Source of the DNA: Octopus bimaculoides | Lineage: Eukaryota | DNA: 64,000 nucleotides | Direction of reading: 5' to 3' | Assembly (NCBI RefSeq): GCF_001194135.2 | Contig: NC_068982.1 | Coordinates: forward strand, 139,017,853-139,081,852 | Part shown: positions 13,466 through 26,129 of the stretch, one piece after another | Numbering within the stretch: the first letter of the stretch is position 1 | Layout: each line of letters starts with the position of its first letter | Program-made: the position numbers and the translations under genes | Notes under the pieces: model-generated | The model's input: only the letters and a program-made list of their open reading frames with translations | Told to the model about the DNA's origin: nothing | Database searches by the model: none

Positions 13466-14139
13466 TCAATTTAACAGATATATTGTCTTGTTTAAATTGG
13501 TGAATGCTGCCATAATCATTACCTTCAATTCATCTTTTGTGCGACAAGGAGTTTTGTTGGTTTCGCGCTCAACTGCGCTCCACACATAATAAACAAGGGG
13601 GGTTTCAGTGTGGGGAGTTAGGTGGCCAGATGTTAGGGGTAATGTGGTCACAGAAATTGTCTGACATCCGTGACTGGGTTCTATTGCATCTGTGGCATGG
13701 TGCAGAGTCCTGTTGCCAGACATAGGGTCTTCCAGCAGCCACCCTCTTGACCCAGGGCAGCACTACCTCCTCAAGTCATTTGACGTAGGCCTCCATGTTG
13801 AGTGAGAGGCCGTGTGAGAAGATGAAGGGAGACATAAAGCCGCCATCACTAGTGATCACTCCAAGCACCATGATGTTGACTGGATATTTGATTATTATCA
13901 CTCTGGGCACATGTTCGTATTGGTACGCGATCGTACTGGACTTTCAGGTGCGAATGCCAAGCAGTACAACCTGTTGTTTCCATATTTCTGGAGAAGTGAA
14001 TTGCGTCATGGCGCTGGTATTCTTATAGACGTTGCATAACTGACTATAATATACTATGTAGTCAAAAAATCTAAAACATACTATGCGCGTGCACGAAATG
14101 AAAAATATAAAATAACGACAACAATTTACTCATCTCACC

Positions 14140-14143
<4 letters not shown>
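13466..14143 (-). mobile_element. maT (DD37D) mariner-like transposon, internally deleted pseudogene
   Basis: Minus strand VMVLGVITSDG-like motif (NIMVLGVITSDG), then WQQDSAPCH...IWPPNSPH*NPLVYYVWSAVERETNK. There are 37 residues between the second D and the third catalytic position (here D>V). Terminal TACAGGGTG on the minus strand ends at about 14143. Several stops. Confidence 0.9.

Positions 14144-14215
<72 letters not shown>
14141..14215. repeat. (TA)n(TG)n compound microsatellite
   Basis: Seen directly. Confidence 0.95.
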
Positions 14216-14219
<4 letters not shown>

Positions 14220-14410
14220 TTGTCCTCCACCATCAATTGATAACTGATGTTGGTAAGTTTACGTCCCCCATAACGTAGGGGTTCGGCCAAAGACACCGAT
14301 AGAATAAGCACTAGGCTTACAAAGAATAAGTCTTGGAGTATATTCGTTCGACTAAACGCGGTGCTCCGGCTTGGCCGCAGTCAAATGACTGAAACAAGTA
14401 AAAGAATAGA
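14216..14410 (+). mobile_element. SINE family B, 3' half
   Basis: CGATAGAATAAGCACTAGGCTTACAAAGAATAAG...GGCCGCAGTCAAATGACTGAAACAAGTAAAAG; reverse copy at 50278-50480. Confidence 0.8.
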
Positions 14411-14413
14411 ATG

Positions 14414-14444
<31 letters not shown>

Positions 14445-14478
14445 GTATGCTTCAGATGCCAAGATATCGAAAATTGTC

Positions 14479-15772
14479 AAAGGGTGTTCAATTTAAAAGT
14501 TGACTTGATTGATCAACAGTCAAATTATTGACTCCCACTGATTGGATCGCTTGCCAAATTGATTTCCGGCTTTTACAAGTGTAACGCATTCATTCAATAT
14601 TTCTTATATAGTCGTAATAGTGTTATCAGTGCAGCAAGGTTCATGTATTTTGAAATCTTATTTTAGATCAGGACTTTTTATCAATGGACGATGGATTTAT
14701 TCCTTTGACTATTGCGTTACCGATTTTAAGAGCGAATAACCAAATGTACTTCTTCCAACAGAGCAGGCAATTAATGTTCTGATTAAAAAGTTTAGGAAGA
14801 CGGGCTCAGTTGAAGACCAGAGACACGTTCGCCGATGTACCCGCCTTTCTGATGATGGCGTGGAAGATATTCATCAACGAATTCTTTGCAGTCCCAGGAA
14901 ATTTGTGCGACGTTTGTCTCATAAAACTGGATTATCTGTTGGCAGCTACCATAATGCTCTTCGCAAATCCCTGAAATTGTACCCATACTGTATATCTTCT
15001 TTACATGAACTTATTCCTGCTGATTTTACCAAAAGATTGGATTACAACAAATCGTTTCAAGAAAACATGAATGACAACCAACTTGACATAAACTTCTTCA
15101 GTGACGAGAATTGGATTCACCTATCGGGATACCTAAATTCGCAAAACACTCGCATCTGGAGTGTTCTCAATCCTCATGGGTGAAGATTGGTGTATGAATA
15201 GTAATGAGCATGCGACGAATAGTAGGACCGATGTTTTACCCCAAGGAATCTTGAATTCGGAAAGTTATTGTGAGATAATTGAACAGTTTGTTGAACAGCT
15301 AACTGAGAATGAAAAAAGTAACTCATGGTTTCAACAACAGGACTCAGCTACATGTCACGTTATCAACCACGCTTTGTTTCACTTACGACAAACTTTTGAA
15401 CACAGGTTGATCACGAAAGGCCTTTGGCCACCCAGATCGCCACAAGATTTCTTTTTATTCGGCTATATCAAGGACGCTATGATTTTAAAGAATCCGCGTA
15501 CACTTGATCAACTGTGTATGCATATTAATGATATTGTCCAAAATATCCCACGTGAAGTTTTGATTGATGTGTTCCAGAGCAAACATCGTTGTGTTGACTT
15601 ATGTCTACAACATGACGGCCGCCAATTAAAATACCTTTTGTAACCAGTTTGACGTTGTAACATTTAAATGAGCATTTTTTATAAAAGTATGTGTGTGCAT
15701 AATAGTATTCCACATTCTTTATAACTATTAATAAATACAGTCGTGTCAACTTATTAAATTGAACATCGTGTA
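14479..15772 (+). mobile_element. Near full-length defunct mariner-like transposon (rosa/VS-like DD3xD-DD4xD group), about 1.29 kb
   Basis: TIRs AGGGTGTTCAATTTAAAAGTTGAC (14481-14504) and GTCAACTTATTAAATTGAACATCGTGTA (15745-15772). The transposase runs about 14612-15643: SYFRSGLFING...KKFRKTGSVED...FFSDENWIHLSGYLNSQNTRIWS...WFQQQDSATCH...LWPPRSP-QDFFLFGYIKD, with stops and a frameshift near 15180. Confidence 0.92.
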
Positions 15773-16053
15773 CAATTGTTTTGCTACTGAATGGTGGAAG
15801 TAATTATTCGTTTTCTGGAAAACCAAAGTTTTTGACTTACAACACTTTTGCATAATAGCAACGATATATATATATATATAATAATATAGATTTAATCAAA
15901 AGATTAAATGTGGTACTTAAAATGTTTGAGGCACCAGAATTTGGTAGGATAAAAACCAAAAACAAAATCAAGAGATTTGGTGAATAAAATTTGAAGGTAA
16001 GCAACAAATTGAATTTTTGTTGCTTATCTTCAAATATANNNNNNNNNNNNNNN

Positions 16054-16084
<31 letters not shown>

Positions 16085-16088
16085 TATA

Positions 16089-16260
16089 TAAATCGCTATG
16101 CCCAGCCTTTATAACCACAATAACAGCGTACCTCTTCATTTCTTGAGTAAGCTGTGTGTCTGCCATAATAATTTTCTGAAACAAAGATTATACAGTGTGA
16201 GCAATAAATGCACCAATGACCCCCAAACGGTATGCCCTCAAATACATTACGTACCATTTA
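16089..16260 (-). mobile_element. N-terminal remnant of a second maT-like transposase
   Basis: MADTQLTQEMKRYAVIVVIKAGHSDL (ATG at 16166) resembles the HTH start of 13466-14143 (MTQFTSPEIWKQQVVLLGIR). It is truncated at a (TA)n tract. Confidence 0.5.
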
Positions 16261-17547
16261 TATGAGTGAGGTGTTTGTGTATAATACAAATCGACGCAGG
16301 GTTATATCAAAAGTCCGGAATTTATATTTTCGATAAACAGTAGTTGTTAATATTTACCAGCCTTAAATATGTACCAAAGTTGATGTGATTATCTAAACCT
16401 TTGAAGGTGTTGCTCCAACTTGGCCTCAGGCCAATGACTAAAACCATTGAAAGAATACCATTGATGCAGTTACTTGTTATTTACAATTATATTTATTGTA
16501 TTTTCACATAATGAACAATATTGATTCCTTCTACAATTGGAAAATGTAGTCATTCTATACAAATCTAATTCGGAGTTTGTTCTGGTACACAGCTGCAGTA
16601 ATCATATGGAATTATTCCCGTCAGAGACTTACACCGTACAACTCGAGTTGCGGTCACAATATTCCATGATTTTGCATTTAAATTATTTCTAACCGACAGA
16701 ACGAATAAGGTGTCTTAAATGTGTTAACGAAACAATGTAGTAGCTGCTTTTATCAATGGAGAAACATACTTTTATCCGAGTTATTACCAGGAAGTATTAT
16801 GTAAGTATCATTGTTGTTTGTTGTTCGTATCTGCTAGGTCACTTCCTATAAAAGATATCAATGATAATTCGATTAGAGGCGTTTCTGTTATTCGTAAAAT
16901 GTTTCATTGTCTAAAACGATTATGTAATCTCTACTTAGTACACTGTATTGTAATTTCATATTTATCTAGATATCATCTGAGTAAAATTGGCAGCCGACGG
17001 GTGCAACAATTATGTTACTTCATATAATAGCGTATTTATTGTTCAAACTGAACATCTTTTCTTTTAAACTATTCAGTCTGGACAGTGGGAGGAGTCGAAA
17101 TGTGAGTGTACAAATTGATACATTCTAGGCTTAATGATATCATAAGTGTATCTCTCTTTAGCCTTTGTGAATTGTCTCTCTATAACTATAGAGTTAATTT
17201 AGATTTTATTACAAAAATACAGAAACACACAAACCATAATCCGATTATTATTGTGGAGAATTCCTCACGTTTTTGTTGATGAAAATTTAAGCTCATTTTT
17301 ATTATCATTTATCTGTTTGTTACTGCGAGTCAAATGTTAATTTAGCGGTCGTGGTTTCTCAACCTTTTGATGGTCGATATAGATTATTTGTCCTTCAGGG
17401 TGATGTAATGAAAGTTAATTTGGTTATAGAGCAACAGTCCCCTTCTACTCTCCTGTAGCGCCAAACGAAAATCAAATATCTAAAATGATATATGGATTGC
17501 AACAATAAGAACTACGTAGAGAATGAGAGAGTTAGATTTATATAATC

Positions 17548-17940
17548 ATTGCGCAGGCGTGGCTGTATGGTAAGACGTTTGGTTCTCAAGCACAAGGTGC
17601 CGGGTTCAGTCCCGCTGATTGGCACATTGGGTGAATTTTTCTGTTATAACTTCGGGTGACCAAAGCCTCGTGTGTGTATTTGGCTGATACACACATATAT
17701 ATATAATTATATTTATGTGTGCGTGTGTGTAAAGATGTGTGTGTGTGTGTGTGTGCATCTGTATTTTTCCGTCACTGTTTGGCAACCGGTGCTGATGTGT
17801 TTAAGTACCCTTGAATTAGCGGTTCGGCAAAATGAAACGATAGAATAAATACTGGGGTTTCTATTCGTTCGACTGGGATTCCTCAAGGCGGTGCACCAGC
17901 ATGGTTGCAGTATAATCAATGAAACATGTAAAAGGTAAGA
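17548..17940 (+). mobile_element. SINE family B, near full length, with internal (TG)n
   Basis: Head GCGCAGGCGTGGCTGTATGGTAAG...GGTTCAGTCCC, GACCAAAGCC core, tail GCGGTTCGGCAAAA...CAAGGCGGTGCACCAGCATGG. Confidence 0.85.
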
Positions 17941-18065
17941 GATGAACATCTGTTGAGTGATTGAAGAGTTCGCTTCCCAGTCACGAGCTTTCAATCCAGG
18001 CTGATCATTGTGAATTTAGTGGACGGAGAACTTTTGGGCAAACGAGTCTTTATTTCATGTATGAT

Positions 18066-18115
18066 ATCGCGGCGTATCGCGGCGTATCGCGGCGTATCGC
18101 GGCGTATCGCGGCGT
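18066..18115. repeat. Five perfect copies of the 10-mer ATCGCGGCGT
   Basis: Seen directly; three CpGs per unit. Confidence 0.95.
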
Positions 18116-18367
18116 ATTAAATCGCATATTTACAAATGCTTCAGTAACACTCGGGCGACGAGTCAATCATCATGTATATATACATGAATGAGAACCATTC
18201 TCCACTTATCGGTTATCCATCGCGACGGAAGAAATCTTCCCGATTTTCTGTTTCTTTTACATCTATATTTTGAATGGAGAACGATTCTTTATACAATTTC
18301 GAAGACGCCATTTGCTTGAGTGATGCGTGAGACAAACGCCTGGATTTTCTGATCCCTTCTAACTTAC

Positions 18368-18369
18368 TA

Positions 18370-18426
<57 letters not shown>

Positions 18427-18495
18427 GTCTGTCTGTCTGTCTGTCTTTCTGTCTGTCTGTCTGTCTGTCTACATACACATACACACACACACACA
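18368..18495. repeat. (ATCT)n(GTCT)n(CA)n compound microsatellite
   Basis: Seen directly. Confidence 0.95.
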
Positions 18496-18970
18496 TCCAC
18501 CTGTAGTCAAACCAGTAGTTAATCGGTTGAATGGCAATCTTCATAGACACACGACTATGAAGATGTATGGTATTAAAAATAAAAGACCCAATTCCACAGA
18601 TTTCTTCTGATGGATAACAAAGGAATAGTTTACAGCGTGTGGTTTCCGCATGGCTGATTAGACATTTTGATAGAACACTAAACTGGTTTATTCTCTACAT
18701 AAAGCTACCCAACGCAAATTCTTTTCTCTTTGTAATCGCTGCAAGATCTCAGACGATGCAAATACAACTTGCTGCTTTCATTTTTTTAGTTAAGACGGTT
18801 AATATAAATGCCGCAAAAAATAACGTAATCGTTATTAATATTTATTACGAGTGTTGGAGTAGGTCGCTAACTTTAATTTCATAAAGTCAAACATCAGAGG
18901 TCATTATTGATATCTCTGTGAGTAGAAAGAAATGTTAATTTATATAATTCTACTCGTTCATCAAGAAAGC

Positions 18971-19020
18971 TATATAAGATGCATAAATTATATAAGATGC
19001 ATAAATTATATAAGATTCAT
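18971..19020. repeat. 18-bp tandem repeat TATATAAGATGCATAAAT, about 2.8 copies
   Basis: Seen directly. Confidence 0.9.
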
Positions 19021-20244
19021 GAGACATGGAATTAGTAGATTTTTATGCAAAGGGTCCTATTCGTCTATTATCTATAGGGACGGGCGAAGTATGAATACTA
19101 GTGTGTTAGGCAGCTGAGAAGAAAAGCGAAGGAGAATGTAATCACAATGTAATGTCAAAAGTATGGATGTGGGTGTTCAATATATTTTTTACATACTATT
19201 GGAATTATGGGATAGCCTTGGCTGCTCTAAAAGTCATGGCCTTGATATCCCCTCCGTGAATAGTAAAATACTGTGAAATGTAGGAGAAAATAAAGGAATA
19301 TAAGCGGACAGAATTCTTTGAAAACCACAGGTATTATATTAATTCGTTCTTTATTCCCACCAAAGTGATAGGATGTTCAACAAAAAGAGGATCAACAAGG
19401 AAAAAGAAGGAGGTTCCTCAAACTGAAATACGTCTATTAGAAGGTCCCTAATACAGCTGAACTATGTTTGAAATTACGTTTGGTACTTCAGTGCAACAGA
19501 ATCTAGCATTTTCTTTGCTGTTATTTCGTAATACTACTCTTTAGTGAAGTTAATAGGAATTGTATTAATCATTTGTGCGAATGCCTACATATGACAAAAG
19601 CCAGTGAAGTCAAGGGAGGATTCGCCCTATCAATCAAATTATTGATACATTACTTGTGAATTAACAATGCTTTTGATCTGCAAACTACTGCACCGTTTAC
19701 ATTTGCAGGTACTTCACCATTTACAAATAAAGTAGACGAATCGATAACTTACTATTGGAACAAATATAAATATGGTTTACCCAGAGCAACTATATATCGT
19801 TATAAAATGCAGTGTGGTATTGTTAATCATCTCTAGACACGTATTTCGAAAGTATAGCAATGGCATCAAGACTTATATACAATAATAAACCCATGGGAAA
19901 ATAAAATATCTGTGAATTTCAATGTGAAACAGGTTCCACTTTCTAATTTTCTTTTAAGATAGGTTTATTTGAAGTAATTTTGCTCCATTGAACAGGTTTA
20001 TGAAGAAAGTAATCAATCATTTAAGATACGTGTGCGACCATTAGATGTAAAGTTGTAAAACCGAGATTAGGATATTATTATTCCAACACGAAAGACAGAT
20101 TCCATTCTATAGTCGCAACAGAAAACTCTTTTGATATTTGTTGCTTCTTTCAACCGATCTGCAGTGTCAGATATTATGCTAACTAATCCTTACTACAGGA
20201 TTTTACACATAAAACTACTTTATTTGTTGTATCTAGTCACTGAA

Positions 20245-20462
20245 AGGCGGCGAGCTGGCAGAGTCGACAACACACCGGGCAAAATGCTTAGTCGGCATTT
20301 CATTCATATTTACGTTCAGCGTTCAATTTCCGCCGTGGTCGTCTTGGTCTTTCATCCTTTCAGGGTCGATAAAATAATCTGCAGTGGAGTTCTGGGGGTC
20401 GATGTAATCGACTAACCCCCTCCCGCCGATATTACTGGCTCTGTGCCAAAATTTGAAGCTAA
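20245..20462 (+). mobile_element. SINE family A, full length
   Basis: GGCGGCGAGCTGGCAGAG (A-box-like) ... GTTCAATTTCC (B-box-like) ... core ... TGTGCCAAAATTTGAAG tail. Confidence 0.9.
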
Positions 20463-22437
20463 TATCTAGTTACCGTAAAATACCAGTAAGCTGGTGTAAC
20501 TATAATAATTTAACTTGAAGAAAGAGTTTTAATGGAACATTTTCCAGCATTGTATCATCATTGAAATAAATTCTTTGCTACTCTATCATTTTTTACTAAC
20601 AGACATTAACTAACACGTTATACCTTTCTGATTTCCAAATTATCTATATATGGTTAATACAGTTGTTAGCAAGTTTCTGTTGTTAGAATTTTCCATTTCT
20701 ATGTTCCCATCGCAGACCCGTTCAGTCATTCACCCATAAATAATCTATACTGATCCAACACTATTTAACACATGAGATGGAATATGTGCAAGCTATGTGC
20801 TTCTTAATCAGAATCATAAGCGACGCATAGAATCACCAGAATTCTGTAAAAAATGACATTCATTAATGTCACAGAGGAAAATCTATCTCATTTAATAAAC
20901 GAGCAATTTTTCAGCATATAACTCTCATTTCTTTAAAACAGTATTGATATCGAACAAGAATGATACCGATCGTCTGAAAACTTTTAGTTTATCAAACTTT
21001 ACTTGTTCAACGCGAAATTTACACACAAGTGGCAACAGACAACGGTCCCACAAATGCTGGAAGAACTTCAAGTTATACAATGACCGATCAAAATTTTAAA
21101 ATGCAGTTTGCACTTTTAATAATTTAAAATAATCAGAACGATATATCATTATATATCGGATGATAAAGTAGACAGTAAAATCTATAGAATATGAACATCT
21201 ACAGGTAAAAGCCTTGAACATTAATTGCAGTCTTAATTGTTCCTCTTTTACGGCCTTGTGCATAGAGAAGGAAAGAATTGTTCCTCTTTTAATTTATGTA
21301 CAGTAAATTTAGTGCGTTATGGTTGAATGTTATATATCTTGGATTTTCCTTAAAATTTACAACGTAGCGGTTTGATTTCTATGAGTCACAGTGTTTTTCT
21401 TCGTATCTACGTTTATTTCAAAGTATCATTCGACGCTATACTAACATTAGATCATCGACACACATTGTTTATATTTATATGCATAAAATTTTGCATTTCT
21501 ATAAATATTTAAATTTAACATTCAGCTTTAATATCATGTGTGTATTTTATTTAATGTTACGCATTTCACCTTACAGAATGCAAAACATTTTTTTTTCTCA
21601 ACGATTATGGATATTATTTTCCCGAGCTACATTTTAGAGAAACGATGTCGATAACTTTAATAGCCTTTTTGGTTTAAAGACATTGCATTTAGACTTTATA
21701 GACAACACCAATATTTTATTATGATCGAACCAAGTTTACGGTTTCAATTTTTCTTTCAAAAATAATGGATCTTTATGGGAATAAAGTAAAACAGTACCAT
21801 CTGTAAAGATAATTATTTAACTCCATTAACTCTTGTGAATACACGGTTCCGTTGCCATAAAGGATATGCTCATTAAATGATAAAAATTCAAGCACTGAAT
21901 ATACATTTTATTTCTGGTTAGTTTGATGTCATATCTAATATTATTTTATGAATTGTTTTCTTTGACTTAAATATGGTAGTTATTCCGTTCTTATTGAGGT
22001 GAGGTTTCGTAGTAGATTTTGGTAAACTAGTCTATCGAAAAATTTTACATTACCAAGATGAAACACTTCTATTCATAAATATTTATTTTCCTCGCAGTTT
22101 TGTTTGCGAGCAAAGACGTTCATTGACCCAGTTCAACTTAATCATTTGCGGTTGAAATCGTACTGTTCGTTGTTTACGGTAGGCTGTCGGATATAGTCGC
22201 AAAATAGTAAATTTAAAGGTCATATTTATGTAACTAAGCAAATAACAGTAAAATACCCTTTGAAGTGTTGAAAATCTCAAAACAAGATACAAGTTAGTAC
22301 ATAGCTGAAAAATAAAATTATATGACTGAATTTACCATGCTATAGAGTCAATACAGGCGAAACTACGGCTCGGTTTGTCGACTTATACCTGTATATTTTA
22401 TTATAAAATCGTCCCTACATTCCCGATATATATATAA

Positions 22438-22746
22438 ATATCAGCTGAATAAAGTTAAAACATGGTCTAGTTTTCACGTTTTTTTATTATGGTATTTTAA
22501 CATTAAAAAAATATTTGTAAGCAGATTGGTCAAATCCGTATTCCAAAAATTCAGCTTCTTGGATCGTTCTACCGTTGTCAAGAACTCAACTGTCAGCTAA
22601 ATACATTTTGAAATCTGCTGATTACTAAGAACGTATGAAAGCGCTAATTGAACCCTATGAATATTACATAATATATTTTTAATGTTAAAATACCATATTA
22701 ATGAATGTGAAAACCAGACCATGTTTTAAGTTTATTCAACTGATAT
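22438..22746. mobile_element. AT-rich MITE-like element with about 75-bp terminal inverted repeats
   Basis: ATATCAGCTGAATAAAGTTAAAACATGGTCTAGTTTTCAC...TATGGTATTTTAACATTAAAA is mirrored by TTTTAATGTTAAAATACCATA...GTGAAAACCAGACCATGTTTTAAGTTTATTCAACTGATAT, in TA context. Confidence 0.8.
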
Positions 22747-22847
22747 ATTATTCTATACACATTCACACAAATTCGGAATACACACACACGCACACATACA
22801 CACACACACACACACACACATGCACACGCACATACATATGCAATAGA

Positions 22848-23425
22848 TACTAAATTGACTAAGGGTGCATGTCTACACCAGCATTACTAAAAATATCCGA
22901 AATCATTGATGATCTGACGCTCTGCTGTAGGGAGGTTGTCTCCCTTGTCGGTCAGTAAATAGTGCTCTGCTCATGGCTAAAAGTTCTTTTGACTCTTATT
23001 TCTAGTCATGCTGGTGCTGACGTTCATCCTTAGTCACTTTAATTGCGATTGTACTTGTGCCTTGTGCTTTTAAATTGCGACTAACCAACTTCATATTTTA
23101 TAATTTTCACTTTACCATTCTAATGAGTCAGCCACCGATTCCTATGTTATTTGTATAAATTGACAAGGCAACTTAGCTTTACCCTATGCTACGGAGTAGT
23201 GTCATTGATGAGGATTAAATCTATGCGAAATCATCGATGATCAAATGCTCTCGCTTGTTATAGGGAGGTGGTCTCCCTGGTTAATCAATAGCTAATTGCT
23301 TTGTTCATGGCTAAGAGTTGATTTGACTCTTATTTCTAGCAATGCTGGTGCCGATTTGCATACTTAGTCAATTTAGTAACGACTATACTTGTCCCTTTTG
23401 GTTTTAAACTGCAACTAGCCACCTA
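22848..23425. repeat. Diverged tandem duplication of a roughly 200-bp unit with an inverted terminal arm
   Basis: The cores at about 22895-23090 and 23226-23422 align. The arm at 22848-22893 is an approximately 80% inverted copy of about 23000-23047 and 23334-23380. Confidence 0.75.
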
Positions 23426-23440
23426 TATATATATATATCG

Positions 23441-23581
23441 TGGCACTTCGTCGGTTACGACGACGAGGGTTCCAGTTGATCCGATCAACGGAACAGCCTG
23501 CTCCTGAAATTAACGTACAAGTGGCTGAGTACTCCACAGGCACATGTATCCTTAACTTAGTCCTCGGGGGAGATTCAGCGT
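23441..23581 (-). mobile_element. SINE family C, 3' fragment
   Basis: TGGCACTTCGTCGGTTACGACGACGAGGGTTCCAGTTGATCCGATCAACGGAACAGCC is the reverse of 31025-31087. Confidence 0.85.
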
Positions 23582-23899
23582 AGATCGCGAGTTCACTACC
23601 CTAATCACTGGGTCATTGCGCCCCCCCCACTAATACGGCATTAAGGAAAGGTTTTAATGAGAAGAGAAAGTTTCTGAAGATTTCGGGAGTTGATTATTTG
23701 TCCTAAGAAAGATAGAAAATTGGAACAAACGCGAAAGAGAGACAAGGAATGCAGTGATGCTTTTTATAATAACAATCAATATGTCTCAGGAAAAATAATT
23801 GAAGGGTGTGTTATGGAGGCTAAACATGACTAAAGCAGATTCTCACAGTGGTGATTGCGGTGAAGCTAGTCTTTCAACCAACTGCTGGGAAAATATATT

Positions 23900-24299
23900 T
23901 ATTTATTTATTTATTTTCCACAGGGGAATAAACATAGAGGGGACCAGCAAGGACAGACAAAGGGATTAAGTCGATTATATCGACTCCAGTGAGTAACTGG
24001 CACTTATTTAATCGACCTCGAAAGGATGAAAGGCAAAGTCGACCTCAGCAGAATTTGAACTCAGAACGTAAAGAGAGACGAAATGGCGCTAAGCATTTCA
24101 CCCGGCGTTTTAACGTTTCTACTCTAGGCAGAAGGCCCGAAATTTTTGGAGGGGTGCAGTTGAATAGAACTATCCCAGTACGCAACTGGTACTTATTTAA
24201 TCGACATCAAAAGGATGTAAGGTAAAGCCGACTTCGGCGGAATTTGAACTCGGAATGTAAAGACAGGCGAAATAACGTTTGTGCCAGCTCGCCGCCTTA
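23900..24299 (-). mobile_element. Two SINE A copies head-to-tail (24121-24299, then a 5'-clipped copy at 23900-24120 with the alternative GTCTGTCC tail)
   Basis: Two reverse-complement cores; the junction reads AGAGTAGAAA|CGTTAAAACGCCGGG on the minus strand. Confidence 0.88.
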
Positions 24300-25257
24300 T
24301 TTCGTAATATATATTGATCACACTTAATCTCGTCAACTAAGCAGTATAGGCTTCGCTAAGCTCTACTGAAATCTAAACATAAATCTGTACATCGTCTTTA
24401 CAAATTGGCTTTAATCGGGAGACACACATGAGAGACCTTCTTTGACAGTAGAGTTCAGGAATTCTACTCAATAATCCATGTGGAATTATATGTGAATTAT
24501 CTGACTTAGATTTTACTCTTATATCTGAAACACAACTGTAGGAAGATTTCGTTTCGTATTTCCTTTGACAATCTCTGACGACCGTAGTTTTTTAAAGTAC
24601 TAGATTCTACATAAAGGGTCACATTGTTTTTGTTTCTTGCATACTGGACCTATATCTCAGTAATATTTAACCCTCTGTTATATGTTGGTGTTAAAATATA
24701 TTAGTTTTATCAAACCGCTCTATACACTTTTATACCGATTATCTTTTTGCAAGTAATTTTGACACTGTATTATGTATTTGACATTTTAATTACTATCTTC
24801 GGTATTCGATTATTCTTTACAAGCATTTTACTCTTTTAAGCATACATTGTACAGTTATTCCTACAAATTTCGATTGCATCTTCAAGTGACAACTTTATTA
24901 GAAATAATTAAAATAACCGTGAAGTATATTTGCCACCTAAATATGGCTAACCCCTAAGCGTGAATACTACTGTAGCTTGTAGCCTCAGGAAGACATCTCC
25001 CCCAGCTGGCTATTGACACACTATATGTACCCTATCAGTATTTGCAAAGGGAACTCAGCGTTCCCATCACGATGTCGTGCGGCTACTGTTAATACCTCGC
25101 TCAGAGATTAATTAAAATAGCTCTTGTCATAATTGAAACAAATTAATATATTCCATGAGTATTTCTTAACAGACATTTTCACAAAACCTGTTGCTGCTTT
25201 AAAAACTCTTGCTAGTATTTCGCCCATTCAAGTTCTTTTGCCATCATTTGATTAATT

Positions 25258-25354
25258 TCTTCTTCTTCTTCTTCTTCTTCTTCTTCTTCTTCTTCTTCTT
25301 CTTCTTCTTCTTCTTCTTCTTCTTCTTCTTCTTCTTCTTCTTCTTCTTCTTCTT

Positions 25355-25420
<66 letters not shown>
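25258..25420. repeat. (TTC) x about 42 followed by (TTA)n
   Basis: Seen directly. Confidence 0.97.
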
Positions 25421-25423
<3 letters not shown>

Positions 25424-25914
25424 GAAAATCTCACATTGCCATTAGAAACTCTTCTCTCATTGTCTGGAAATTTTCTTTGTACTATGTTTTAAAAAAATGC
25501 ATTCCTCATAGTTTTCGTGTGAATTCGTGAGTTGACTTATATAATTTCTTTTTCCGTTGAGATTTAACCTATGTGAAGTTATCTTGAATGCGTTTGAAAT
25601 ACTGTTTTTTGTCGCAACTTGTGTTATGTCAGAACAATCCAGATTTCAGCGCCAATGCTACAAACTGCGATTTTATATCTGGATCTATGGAATAAAATAG
25701 TTAATTGCTGCTATTTTAACGTTTCACAGTTTATCAAATGTCTATTTTATCGTCTCTTTGTAGGAGATTTAAAAGTATTACATCACTGTTTAATTGTATT
25801 AATATATACGAACTAATGAATAGGTTACATCTCAGTTGCTTTCAATCTTCATGGCAATTTCCTATAGAGGAACAAAGTCTGAAATTTTGGGGAGAAATAA
25901 TCACATTGATGAAA

Positions 25915-26075
25915 TAATCATCAGATATGCTTTGCCCGCATCAGAAACTGCACGAGCAAATTAGAGATATTGCAATCACCTTTTCTAAATCCATCACGAT
26001 GTCGGAAGCACTTCCGTACCATCAGTCGGTATATCAGAGTCACAAGCACTTTGCCCCTTAACCTGTACTCGTCGC
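25915..26075 (-). pseudogene. Possible highly decayed non-LTR RT fragment
   Basis: Minus frame CDEYRLRGKVLVTLIYRLMVRKCFRHRDGFRKGDCNISNLL loosely recalls the LINE RT NYR..GK.L...Q.GFRKGRS..NL region. The similarity is weak. Confidence 0.3.
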
Positions 26076-26129
26076 ATGAGCGGGGCTGCGAGCACTGAAT
26101 TAGGTTTCACCTCTGGAAGGATTCCAGTG

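Noticed and set aside
18066-18115. CRISPR-like array
   Set aside because: The units are contiguous with no spacers, there are no cas genes, and the context is eukaryotic.
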